Shown piece by piece: positions 36,831 to 50,600 of a DNA stretch of 64,000 nt. Both the position numbers and the translations under genes were made by a program. This stretch comes from Cenococcum geophilum. Lineage: Eukaryota. The stretch spans positions 11,842,001-11,906,000 of the forward strand of contig CP158635.1 in assembly GCA_050273025.1 (NCBI GenBank), in the 5' to 3' direction. Below the pieces are notes generated by a model. The model had not been told where the DNA came from. It did no database searches and was given only the letters and a program-made list of their open reading frames with translations. Position 1 is the first letter of the stretch; the number at the start of each line of letters is the position of its first letter.

Positions 36831-37433
36831 CTAGTTATAGTAAGAATATCTTAGTAAAATACTTAATAGATAAATTCTGCCAAGTTCTACTAACTTAATT
36901 AAACTTTACTAAATTCTACCAAAACGAACGCTTTAGTAAAATTAACGCTTAACTAAATTCTGCCGAATTCTGCTAGCTTAATTAACTCCTACTAAGTTTT
37001 ATTAAGTTCTGCCAGATTTTACCAAAGTTTATTAAGGACTATGTGCGTATATATATACGCATGCTATAAGGTAAGGATATAGATAGGGAGTCCAATAATA
37101 GAATAATAGGTATATTGTATAGATAAAGACAAATCCTTAGGGGAAAAGGAGGAGTCTATATGCGAGGTAGAAAGGGTTTTCCCTAGGTATATATAAAGCA
37201 CGTACCTTATAGGTAAGTCACCCCTAGGGTTGCCTATACCTTACGGCTATATAACTATCTACTTAGGTTTTACCTAATAATGCTCTCCTTTTTAAAAAGG
37301 GTCGTCCCTAATCCTTTTTATGCTTAAGCCTTAATAAAACCCTATAAAAAACCTTAGTAAGGAAAAAATTTAAAGGGAAAAGAGTGTTTTAATTTTGTAT
37401 ATAGAGAGATGGGTAGTATATATACGTGGCGCG

Positions 37434-37609
37434 AAGATATTAAGGAACTTTAACTGGTAGTTAAAGTTATTTAATTAGTTAGATTTGCCTTACTAAGACT
37501 CCCCCGTATTTAACTAAGGTAATAGCGATTTTATATACCTAGTATAGAAAATCCTAATTGGTTTATTTAATAGGTAGAGCTAGTAGAGCTTAATACCGTC
37601 GCTTAAATT
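37434..37609 (+). promoter_or_regulatory. Conserved non-coding module, copy in Gypsy F (second palindromic sub-module 37434-37499; core 37510-37609)
   Basis: atagaaaatcctaattgg is identical to 52740-52757, with colinear flanks. Confidence 0.55.
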
Positions 37610-39891
37610 TAATAGACTAGAAATATTCTAAAAGCTTACTTATATAGGTAGGTCACTAGTACCTTATAGGTTAGTTATAGGTTATTTATATATAGCCAGA
37701 TTTATAAATAGTAAGGTTATATACCTATTAAATCCGCCACTAACCCTACTTTAGCCTTACGCTATACTGGCGTAGCGCTATATATACTTCGTAGGTAGGT
37801 TATAGGTTACTTATATATAGCTAGGTTTAGGACAGTAAGGCTATATACCTGTTAAATCTACCGCTAACCCATACTTTAGCCTTATGCATTATTTATATAG
37901 CATATACCTGGAATAGTATAAGTTATTAGTATAGGTTACTACTAGTGGGTTACTAGTAGGTTATAAACTCTAGTTAAATAGACCCTAGTTATAAACGGGC
38001 CTATTCTTTAATATATAAATAATCTGCTTAGCTAGTATAGAGTAATAGACTAGGTTTAGAAAAGGTGCTTTTTAGATTAAGCTTTATTGCTAGTATACGC
38101 CGTAGCCTCGCCTATAAGCCACCAGCATTACTAGGTTATATTAGAGTGTAGCTTATATAGAATATTAATAAATTAAAACTTTACCCTATATATACGCCGC
38201 AGTTCTTATAATAATCGTTACTTATTCTCTAATCCCTTAGGATATCCTCTACTCTACTTTAATATAGGTTATATTTTAACAGCGGCGCTTACTTTTCGCC
38301 TACGCTTTAGCTATAAGGCTAGGGTATCCTACTTACGGTACTTATCTAATAGTTATTAACAATTCTTAAGTTCTGTCTCATATTTCTATTTATTATACTT
38401 ATTTAGCTATCCTAGCTATTTAATAAGGTACTACGGTTATCTAGTACAATTTTAGTGGGTAATAATTACTTCTACTTCCTAGCTACCTTCCTTAAGCTCT
38501 TTTACTACTAAGGGTTAAAACCTAGGGCGTAACCTATAAGGCTCTAGTAGGGAGATATAAAAGACTAGGTAGAGCTATACTATAGTAAATAGGAGCTCTA
38601 GCTTATATACTTACTGCCCTATACACTCTAGGATCTAAAACAGTTCTATAAACTTATAGTTAAGCTTTTTAAAAGGACGTTTTATGTGGATATTCTTAGA
38701 GGAGAGTAGAACTCGTTTACTAACGGTAAAATACTTAGCCAGATAGTGACGATTATAGTATTTTACCTAAAGCTATTAGGCGTACATTATTAACGCCGTC
38801 GCTACCTTATATATAAGGCGCAGGCGTTATAGATATATCTCTATAAGTTTAACATTTGTTAACTTAGACCCCTCCCTACCTTACTAGGCGTCTTAAACGC
38901 CGTCTGGGACTCTATCTAGGACGTTTGTAGCTAGCTATAGGCGAGCTTAATAGGGGAACGCTTTATTATGGTATAGACCTTAGAGTTATAGGCGAAGGCT
39001 ATTTCTTTAAGTAGGGAGGCCTAATTAGACTGTTCCTAGTTTGTAAATATATATAGGTATACCTTAAGCTCCTAGTTTTAACACTCTGTTTAACTATTTA
39101 TTTATAGGTAGAATATAATACTAAGTTTACGTTAAACGCGGAGATAGTAGTATATAGTGCTTTAGTACTCGCTTGTAAATATACTACCCCTATTAAAGAT
39201 AATATTATTTAGAGGCCCTATTTACATAAAGACTCTAAATAAGAGTTTTATAAGTTGCGTAGCATTAATTATCTTATATACTAGATAATAGCGTACTAGC
39301 TTTATAAAACGGTCTATAAGGATAAAAACGGAGTTATACTTTACGCTATTAGGAGTCTTAGACTCCAGGAGATCTATAATAAAGTTAAGTAAATAATGCT
39401 GTTAGGCTTAGGTGGGGACCTAGAAAGGCTATAGCTCGCTATAAGGTTTATAACGGCGCAATTTAGAGCGTTAGTAGGCATTATAATTATCTAGGTATTT
39501 ACGGAGGTCCTAGGTAAGGCCATTTTAAGTATACTTTTACGCAATTACCTTAAAAGTATGGTTAAAACTATAGTGGCCGCCTACAGGATTATTATAATTC
39601 CGCTTAAGGATCTCCTATTATAGTAATATATAATTTAGCACCTAGACCTTATTATTTTACCTTAAGAGTCCTTAATTATTAAGGGTATAGTCCTTATTAC
39701 TAGTAGGAACTTATCCTTAAGTTAACTAATTATATATAAAGCGTATAAAGGCGTCCCTTTTTTATACTTTATAAATAAAATTAACTAGTAACTTAGGGGG
39801 TTATTCCATAAACGCCGTTTTAGTTAAAGTAGCTACTACTACCTCTTACCGTGGCACAAGACTCTATATAAAGTTAGTGCTAGCAAAGTAA

Positions 39892-41686
39892 TATCACGGG
39901 ACTCACACGCTCTCACGTCCCTGCGCGTTTTAACATTCTTAACCCGTGCTTACATTCGTCCCAAGATACCTACGCACGTTCCCCTATAACCCCTATTTAT
40001 ACCCGACCTGGTATATAAAGAATCTTCTTCTTTATCCAAATGTCTTTATATCAACCACGCATAGTTACGCGTACGTAGCCTTCTTTAATTACTACCCTGT
40101 TTAGTACATTGTATTCCAGCTTATACCCACTTCCGTAACACTATATTTAGATCCCTTTTTAACGTACCTAGCGGGCCTGTGGGCTACTAGTCGCGGAGCA
40201 TGCCTTTTTACGCCTATGGGGTAGATACAGGAGCTGCTGGCTACGGGTAGACTAGGACGCTAGGGTTCTGAACTGGTACGACAAGTCTCCGCGCCAATTT
40301 GCATACGGACCCGATAACAAGACACCACGCCAATACGCCTGCGACCTCGATGGCTTGCACCCTACTACTACCGCTTACAAACAGGCACGTTACTACCCCT
40401 CAGTTTAACCTAATAGCTCGCATCCTACTGCTACACAAACACAAACACGAACACGGAAGCTAGTATCTTACTACTGTCCTACCGACCTGCACGCACTACC
40501 CTACGTACCGACAAGACTTTGCGCTGCTACGCCTGCAAAATAAACCTAATAACCTATTATGCCGATAAGCCTACAACCTAACCCGAATACGACTAGGTAG
40601 AGCCTCGCTCCCTAGACCCCCGAACCCGTCGCTTATATTATACTACTGCCTAAACCAACAAGCCTCGTGCCGATACGCCTACGAGCCGAACACAACTAGG
40701 TAGAGCCTCGCTCCCTAGACCCCTAAACCCGTCGCTTGCATCGTACTACTACCTAAACCAACAAGCCTCGTGCCGATACGCCTACAAGATGCCCCATTGC
40801 TGGCACCGTACTACTACCATATAAACTAATAAGCTCCGTGCCGATTCGCCTACGGAACCTAAACACGTCGCTAGCACCGTACTGCTACCCAAATCTAATA
40901 AGATCCTGTGCCGATATGCCTACGGAACCTACGCTGGCACTATACTACCACCGACAAGAACCTACCTATAATACGAATACTGCACTATACTAATAAGAAC
41001 CTGCCAAGAATATGCCTTACTACGACCACAAACACCGTACTAACCGTACTATACTGCCGTTTAGGCCGATAAATACTACCTAAAACGCCCATTTTGGACC
41101 AAAAATTAGGGTAATTTTTTAGGGGGACCTAGAGTATAGGAAGGGAAGGCTATAGAGCTGCTAGAAGTAAGAAAGGGACTATATAAGCTTTAGCAATGCG
41201 TCTCTAAGCGGCGAGGATAGGAGTATAGCTGGCGATAGAAGCTGGGCTATGCTTTAGGCCTAACAAGTTAGTGGCCTAACGATTAAATATAGAAGGACCG
41301 AACTAGAGGAGCCTGTATAACGGAGGACGTAAAAGGGCGAAGAAGGCTAACAAATTTTTTTTTTCCCGTATTAGGTTTTTTTCTGGTATATATAACACGA
41401 CATGCCTCGCAGGAGCTCGGAAGTAAGGGGGGGGTACTGTCACGGGACTCACACGCTCTTACGTCCCTGCGTATTTTAACGTTCTTAACCCATACTTACG
41501 TTCGTCCCGAGACACCTACGCACGTTCCCCTATAACCTCTATTTATACCCGACCTGGCACATAAAGAATCTTCTTCTTTATCCAAATGTCTTTATATTAA
41601 CCACGCATAGTTACGCGTACATAGCCTTCTTCAATTACTACCCTATTTAGTACATTGTATTCCAGCTCGTGCCTACTTCCGTAACA
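39892..41686 (+). mobile_element. Non-autonomous LTR element H (TRIM/LARD-like, 1795 bp) inserted in F pol
   Basis: 249 bp LTRs at 39892-40140 and 41438-41686, TSD agtaa, G-rich PPT ending ggggtac. Non-coding interior with tandem repeats. Confidence 0.92.
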
Positions 41687-44600
41687 AGTAATATATAATA
41701 TATAGGTAACTTACTAGGTTATTATAGGGGACTATAGCCTAGGCTAAGGGGTCTTCCCTAGGGTTAAGCGCTATTAGGTTAATTAAAGTAGTTTTAAAAA
41801 GAATAATAGGATGCTCTAGTCCGCCAGCGCTAAGTTTATAAAAGTCGCTTATATACTACACGCATGCTACTCGCTAGTTTAGTATAGTAGCACTAGGGCC
41901 GCCTATAAGGCCTATAACCCGCAACTTTTACTATAATATAGGCAGTATAGTATTAAGGACCATCCTTTTACTGCTATTTTTAAAGCCTTTAGTATAATCC
42001 GGGCGCCAGGATAGTATATTAGCAGGATTTATCTTACCTAGCTTATATTTAATCTTAAAATTAAATTTAGCTAGTTTTTTAGCGTATTGGGCTTAGTAAG
42101 TAAATAAGCTCTTAGTGGTTATAAAGTACCTAAGATTATTATAATCGCAGAGCACACGCGTTATATACGCGGCGTGTTTAAGGTAATAGCGCTATATTTT
42201 AAAGCATTACACTAAAGCGAGTAGCTTTTTGTTATACGTATTATACTATACTTCTAGGATAGTAAGCTTTTAACTATAATAAGCAATCGGGTACTAGTAA
42301 AGTTAATCTTCCTACCCTAAAGGCTATAGAAGTATACCGCCATAGGCATAATTAAAAGCGTTAGTAATTACTATTAGGGGTAAATTAGGGTTAAAATGGC
42401 GAAGTAGAGGAGCCTATATAAATATAGCGCGTAGCTTATAGAACGCCTACTATACGTTATCAAGCTAGGACCAAGGCTAATACCATTTAGTAGGCCCTTT
42501 TAACTTACGCTTCTTCTTCTTCTCCCTATCTAACGTTAGGTCGCGATATACCTATATAAGAGATATATATAGGGGGTATATAGTATCTAAGTAGTTCTAG
42601 ATAAATCGCCTATAAAAGTTAGCAAAGCTAAGGAAGACCTAGATGTCCCTATAGAACTTAGGCTTAGGCTATTCCTTAATAGCTTTTACGCGGTTAGGGT
42701 CTATTATAATACCCCTAGGAGTAATAATAAAGCCTAGGAACTCAACATTGTTAGTATAAAAGATGCATTTTAATAGTTTGGCGTATAGGCCCTAAGCGCG
42801 AAGCTGTTACAGTACCTGCTTAACGTGCTTAACGTACTTATCCTTATCATTTAAGTAAATAAAATATTATCTAGGTAAACTATATAGATAGTATCTACTA
42901 GGGTTTCTAAAGCTTTATAAATATAACTCTAGAAAGTTATAGGGGCGTTAGTAAGACTAAAGGGTATTACTAGGTACTTAAAGTAACTATAGCGTGTTTT
43001 AAATGCAGTCTTCTATTTATCTCCCTTTTTAATATAAATCCTATAGTACGTATTATAAAGATCTAGCTTTATAAATATCTTTATATAGCTAAGCCTATTA
43101 AAAAGCTCGCCGACTAGCGGTAAGGGGTACCGATTTTTAGTTATAATCTTATTTAGGCGTCTATAGTCAATATATAGCCGTATTATACTATCTGCTTTTA
43201 GTATAAAGAGGATAGGCGCTTTAGTAGGCGACTTACTAGGCCTAATTTAGCCCCTTTTAAGAGCACTATCTAGGTACTCTTATAAGATCTATAACTCTTT
43301 CTATAAGAGGTTATAGAGGGGCATTTACGGTAGCGTTTTACCTTCTTTTAAGTTAATCGCATGGTTATACTTAGAGTTCTATAGTAGTATACTTACTAGC
43401 TTATTAAAGAAAACATTAATTTCCTTTTTATATACCTTTAGTAGGCTAGGGGCCATAGAGGTTAAAGTAACTATTATATAGTAGTGTGCTTCCGGGAGCT
43501 AGTAGAGAAAAGGGTATAGCCGGCATACGTTTTATAGGTATGCTTATACTAAAAGTGTATATAGCTCTACTATAGTATACTTAATAGTTTTAGGGTTTTA
43601 ATTACCTCCCCCTTGCGTATAGGTAATCTGCGTTAGCACTAAAGGGTCTCTATAAATACTCGCTGCTAGTAACGGTAGGTCCTCTACTATATTTATAACC
43701 GGTGTCTCTACGTCCGGAGGGTCTATATAGGTACTAACTACTAGTAATAATAGGTCCTCTATTATATTTATAACCGGCGTAAAAAAGAAGTCTTTTAGCT
43801 ATAGCGAATAAACTATTTCGCTAGCCTTAATATCTGCTAGGAAAGTATTAAGGGGAACTATCTAGAGGCGTTTAGGGTCTAAAGTACCCTAGATAAACTA
43901 TCTAGAACGGAAGCTAATTAATAGATCTACTTTCGCGAGCTAATCCTATGTAAAAACTATATTATAACTATTAAATAAGCCGCCCTAAAAGGTCTGCGGA
44001 CTAATAGTATAAGAGGTACCCTAGGAGTTGCTAGTAGTAACTATTAGATTATAAGCATCCCAGATTATTATCTAGTTATTATTAAGGAAATATATAATAG
44101 GTTTACGTAAATATAGCGCGTAGCGTATAGGCAGGTTAAACCTATAGATAATATCTTAATTAATAAGGTTAATTTAGTACCTATTATTATATAAAGTATA
44201 TAGGCGGACTTTACCCTAGGGCGTATCTATTACAACGTATACTATAATATATTCCTTTTCTCCCTCTATATTAGGCCCTAGTTACAGTTAAAAGAGATAC
44301 GCTACTAGGGCTTTAGGTTTTCTAAAGCCCGAGCTAACTTCTCCTTATTAGCCTACTTCTAGTATTCCTTATAGTGGCCACCTATAGTCCTTTAACTCGC
44401 CTATATAGTACTGGCGTTTAGGGGGTCCCCTAAGCTATCTAGCTTTTAGGTAATCTTCCTAAGAGTTTACTTAAAAAAGCGTTGCCCTTTTTAGGTTCTA
44501 TTCCCTAAGCCTAACTCTATAAAGCCTATACTGCGACCGCGCTTTATATACAATAATTTTCCGCTACTACTTACGCGATCTTCCGCGAGCTTTATAGTAT

Positions 44601-47600
44601 TAAGTAATTACTCTATATAGCGGATTTCGTTAAAGAGGTCTTTAGCAGTTTTTACTCGTTAGGCGAAGTTCTGGCAGAAGAGCTCTACTTATAGGTAGAC
44701 TAGAAGATATAAGAACTAAAAGTCTACCTATTATTTAGGATTGACAAAAGGGGTATATAAGAAGAGGTCCTCTAAGCTATATATACGGGCTAGGAAGACG
44801 TTAAACCTCTAGTTCTCCTTTATAATAGCTATATAGTATATTATAGCGTTATTAAAGCGTCTTACTATAGGGTTTCTAATCTAGTCTTAGACTATAGTCT
44901 TAAATTCGTCCTATAGTAAAGGACCTTTATCCTTAGTACCTAACCGGCTATAAACTAGTTAGCTAATTGTCTTCTCTTTTATAAGACCTTTAATAGCCTA
45001 GCGCGTGCGTCGTTTATAGTTATAGTTAGCGTTATTAACCTTAAATTGGTTCTTAACTGCAGCAATCCACTAGTTAAGATGCTGTTAAGTAGTACTGCTA
45101 ATATTAGGTAGTGACTTCTTAACTAGGGCGTTAAGATTTGTTTAGCGTATACGTTTACTATATAACTTATACTCTTTACTAAAAAGGCAACAGGAGGGCT
45201 TTATTAAATCAATAATGCTCTATAAGTTGGCTATTTTCTTAGCTAGCTCATTTAGCTCCTTTATATTAGCAGTATTAGGTAAAACACTAGTAACCTTACT
45301 AAGCTTCTATTGAGCCTAGGTATATAAGTTAAACTAGTCTTTAGTATTTATAGATGTCTAATCATTTTAAGGTTTAGAAGGTGGCTTAAATTCTACTAAT
45401 ATACTTCTAACGGTTTCGTCTACACTAAATCTTAAGGCGTTTTGCAGTCGCATCGCTAGCGTATTACCGTTAGGTGTAGGCATCGGTTTTCTTTTTAGAG
45501 GCATTATAGAAAAATTAAACCGGCTATCCTCTTAAGGGGATTAGTAAGGATTTAAATATAAGGTAAGGATGTAGATAGGGAGTCTAATAATGTTACGGAC
45601 GCTTTAAGTACAATGTTACGACTACTTAGAGAGGAGTCGGAAGAAGCTAGTTAGTTAATTTAGGCATGGTCCAGAATAGAGCCGATAGAGCCATATAACA
45701 AGGAATGGTAGCTAAAGTCATATAATATAATCTATATAATCCGTAATAGAGTAGATAAAACGTATATACCTTACGTATAAAGGGGATTTCTTAGGAGTAC
45801 GGTTGTGTATTTAAAGGACTATAGTCCCTACCTAGATAGTTCTCTCCTTTGTAGTAAATCTTAGAATATAATTGGAGTTAATCTGTTAGGTAACCACTCT
45901 ACTAGTTATTATTACGTTGTTGACTTCTTATTTGCCTATATACCCAGCCTATTAATAAGTCCACCGTAGTTCCTACTACAAGGCTTCGTTATATATTTAC
46001 TACTAAGGTTATAGTATTAACAAAGTCAAATAATATGCCACTAAAAGCACTAGCTATAACGCCATCGACGGCGGCAACTACTTTAAGATTAGGTAACGAC
46101 ACTAGTATAGTAGATACTAACTTATAGTAACCTATAACGGTTAGACAACTATAAGAGATAGTTAACTAGTTAACATAAAATAATGCGATATTAGAAAATA
46201 GGATTAATAGGATAAGAGTAGTAAAAATTAAGCTACTATTAATTAAAAGGTACTTAGGGGAAAGGTTAAAACTTAAAGGATTCCTTATATAAATGTACTT
46301 TAAAGTTACGCAAGAAGGAGTAAAGCTGCTAACACCTATAGATTAAATAGCATATGTGGGACTATTCCTATTAGAAAGGGCACTTAAGTAGTTTAAACTT
46401 TACCTTACGGAAATATAAGTGAATGGTATAATAACCACTAATTAAGAAGTATGGTTTATATTTATAAGCTAGGAAGGGTTTATAGAATAACTAATATAGA
46501 TATTTAGAGACCCGGAGGCAGTAACTACAGTAAAAAGAAAACTCTAAAATATTATATAACGAACCTTAGTAATTAAGTATATAACGCAGTTCTAAATATT
46601 AGTGATATAAGTAGAGTAGAATAATAAGGCGCTTATAGCATAGTATAAACAGGGACTTAAGGCTAAAGTCTAGGACGCGATTATCCTAATAGAAGATATA
46701 AACACCCTAAGGGAACTAATAAATTAGGCGATTAAGGTTAATAATTGGATCTACTAAAGGGAATAGGCTAAGAGAGGCTAGGATAGAGTTCTATAGTTAT
46801 ATAAGGCGTAAAGCACGCAACAACTAAAGCTAAGTTAAAAACTATAGTATAGCGCAGAGTTAATAGACCTAAGTAGTACTAAAGAATCTAAGAAATAAAA
46901 TAAAAAATTATAGAAACCTAAAGGATAAGGATTAAGTAATTAGAGGTCTAAGGAGTAGAGGCTAAACCAGGAATCTTAATAGCAGAAGACGTTTAGGCGG
47001 ACTTTATAGCAAGAAAAATGGTTTAAAGAAGGAGCTTATATAAATTACGGAAAATAGGGTTACTATATTAGAGACTATAGAAGTAGGCAGAGTTACTATA
47101 TAATAAAGGGCATAAGACTAGTAGACAATATACACGTATAAAGGGATAATAATATACTATAAGGAATAAAAGAATGTTTAATTAAAATCTTTGCGTTTTA
47201 TTATAATAACGCTAAGTATAGCGTAAGCTATTAGCTATAAGAGCTAGCACCTATAGGATATAGAGGAACTAATAAACTAGTTCGCAGATTGGATATTAAG
47301 GATAATAACTTTAACGTAGGCAAAATATTTTATAACAATAAGGCGATAAAGGCCGCTTACTAGAAGTAAGTAGACCTTAAAAATATTATATAAGAGGTAG
47401 AGGATAATTCCACTATAAAATAGGGAACATTAGTAGGGATTAAGACCCCACTAGATATAATATCTATCGCTTTATAAGACGTAAGAGAAGTAGGATAGCG
47501 AACTACTTTGGCACTTAATAAAAGCAAAAGGCTATAAGCTTAAGATTCTTAAGACAAGATAAGGTAAGCTTAAGGACCTATAATAGACAATAACCGATAG

Positions 47601-50600
47601 AGCAGAGCAACGGCTTAGTCTAGTAATATATAAATAAGCTCAGAACGAAGTTTCTTAAAGGTATAAGACTTTTAAGACTTTTAAGATAAGATAAAAACAC
47701 CAAGTAAGCCTAGTTAGACTAAGGCTAAAGTAAAGCTTAAGATAAATAAGAACACCTATAAATAAGAGGTAAGAGGCTTCTTTATAGATTAGAGAATCTA
47801 TAGTATAAATAGTAGTTAGACTAGGAGACAGGTATATAAACCTAGAAGACTTACTAGGAGAATATAGTATTCGGCCTAAAGATTGGAATATTAATACTAA
47901 GATTAAGAAGTAAGAAGACTTTAAGGATCTATCTATAAGACGTAAACTAAAGGAAACCATAGAAGAATTTAAATAAAGAATTATTGTATAGTAAGAACAG
48001 AAACTAAATAAGAGATTTAGCATATTAGGACATATAAGGGATAGAGCGCTAGTATAAAGAATTACTAATAGGCCTAGAATAGGCACCCTAAGAGCTAAGT
48101 AGCTTACTAAACTAGAAGATAAAGAGGATCTAGGGATCCTTACTAGGTTTAAAAAACGATATATAAAAGGCTATTACAATATAGTAATAAGAAGATACTT
48201 CCTTACGGATAAGCTATATATACTCTAGCAGCTATACTAAAAGTAGTATAGGCAGAGGCATAATAATAAGTAGGAAGATTTCTATATGTGGTTAGATAAG
48301 CAAGTTATTTAGGACCACCCTATTATAGAAAAGGCTATAACTTATATTAAAGGAGCCTTAATTATAACATTAAAGGATCTAAAGGAACGATTAGAGAACT
48401 AGAGGAGCGAGAGACGCATCTTAGTACTTATAAACGAAGTTGTAACGTTTAGATTAGCATGGTAAAGGTTTAAACTTAAAGATAAAGATAAGTTAAGAGT
48501 TAACCTAAAGCACCTAGCATACTATACGCTATTATAGATTATATATATAGACGATATATATAAAATATATAAAAATCCAAAGGAAAAGAATTAGAAATAC
48601 CCTATAAGGATATACTAGATAATAGAGGAGTAATAGTATAAAAATGCTAAATATATATATAAATGGCATCTAGTAGAAGTCTAAGAGGAAGGAAGTTTAA
48701 TACTTTAACTAGAAAGATTCCTTACGGAAGAATACTTAGATAGATAATAGTAGTGGGAATGCCTAGAAAATATATATCTATAGTATATTAAAGATAAAAA
48801 GTAAACTAGGTATTAGCTAAAGAGTAAGCTAAGTATATAACGATTAAGCAGCTAATAGTTAGGAAAAGTGGAGGCCTATAGAACTAAAGGGAGCTAGTGG
48901 TAGAGCCTTAGACCCTTAAAGGAATTTAAAAACAACATCTAAATTTATAAGTTAATTAGTAAGATTAGCAGTTTAAAGCACTAATAGATAGTAGAGCAAT
49001 ACGGAACTATATCTTACTAATAATAGTTAAGAGAATGGAATTACCTTATAGATAAAAGGAGCAACCTTACCTATTAGTTATAATTTTAGAAGATCTAATA
49101 GCCTATAGAGAAGGGATTATTAATCTTAAAATAGGACCTATTTAGATAACCATTAAAGGAAGACGAATTAAGATATCTTTTAATATCCTACTATTAGGAC
49201 GGGATAAGGCTGTATTAGGTATACCTTAGTTACAGAAATATAATCTAAAGATTAATTAGATTATAGGGCAGGTTAATATTAAAAATACTTAACGCCGTAA
49301 AATATAATAGCAAATTAAGCTAGTATAGTACTAAGTTGGAGCAATATATAAAGAGACTAAGTAAGGCTTAAGTTATATACTAAAAAGATACTATAAGTAT
49401 AGTAAGAAGCTATAAAGCCTAAAAAGTAAAAAGCTAGCAGATTATATAGCATAGGACTATAAAATAGAGTTAGAACTAGAAATAAGTTTAAGGTTCTTTC
49501 TAACCTATAAGCTTACTTAAGAAGAGTTAGGTATACTTAAAGAGTTTATCTAAAAAAAACTTATAAAATGGATATATTAGACCATTGTAGTTATTAGTAG
49601 GATATCCAGTACTATTCGTACCAAAGAAAAATAAAAAACTTAGGTTATATATTAACTACAGGCAGTTAAACAGCATTACTAAAAAGGATAGGTATTCTTT
49701 ACCCTTAATTAGCGAAATTTAGGATTAGATAGGTAACGCGTAAATCTTTATAAAGATAGATCTAAGATAGGCGTACTATTAGATCAGAATTAAGGAAGGC
49801 AATAAATAAAAGGCAGCCTTTAGGTTAAGAAAAGGACTATATAAACTATTAGTTATATAATTCGGATTAATAAATACACCGGCAACGTTTCAGAAACGAA
49901 TTAATAGCGTATTAGGAGAACACCTTAATAAGTTTGTTATAGTATACCTTAACGATATTATTATCCACTTAATAACTAAGGAAGAACATGGGGAACATGT
50001 TAAATGGGTCTTAAAGAGACTATAAGAAGAATAGATGCTAGTAGCAATTAAGAAATGCGAGTTCTTTATAAGGAAGACCGATTTTATTAGATTTATTATT
50101 AAACTAGGTTATACTAGTATGGACCTAAAGAAGATTAAAGCTATAGTAAGTTAGTAAGAACTAGAGAATATAATACAGTTAAGGTTATTCTTAGGGTTTT
50201 ATAATTACTATAGAAGGTTTATAGCATAATAGTTAAAGAATATTAAACTATTTACTAGGCTTATAAAGAAAGAGGAACTATAGGTATAGGGAGATAAATA
50301 AAAGAAGTTATTTAAGGAACTTAAGGAGTTATTTACCTAGGAGCTAATCCTTAAAATCTATTAACTAGGACTAGATACGGTTATAGAAACGGACGTATTA
50401 GACTACGTACTAGGAGTATATTTATTATAAAAGCACAAGGACGCATAACATTTAGTAGTATACCATAGTAGAAAGATAATATTACTAGAGTTAAACTATA
50501 ACGTCTACAATAAAGAGTTATTAGGTATAGTTACAGTATTTAAGGAATAGAGAGCATTCTTATAAGGCGCAGAAAAACTATTTATAGTTAAGACGGATTA

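Larger units (their letters stand above)
37065..45590 (-). mobile_element. Ty3/Gypsy chromovirus F; 3' LTR 37065-37279, 5' LTR begins at 45557 and is cut by A2
   Basis: gag ATG at 45504 (minus), RT (C)IVYLD(D)I ~42865-42890, RNase H, integrase, chromodomain ~38350-38480, reverse PPT at 37280. The first 34 bp of the two LTRs match. Confidence 0.93.

Noticed and set aside
37669..37887. ~125 bp tandem duplication in the F 3' region as an accessory gene
   Set aside because: The duplication is real, but I found no recognisable protein motif on either strand.
40820..40870. Possible hammerhead ribozyme (ctaataag as RIPed CTGATGAG) in H, i.e. a retrozyme
   Set aside because: Less-mutated sister repeats read ccaacaag/ccgacaag, and no GAAA core is correctly placed.
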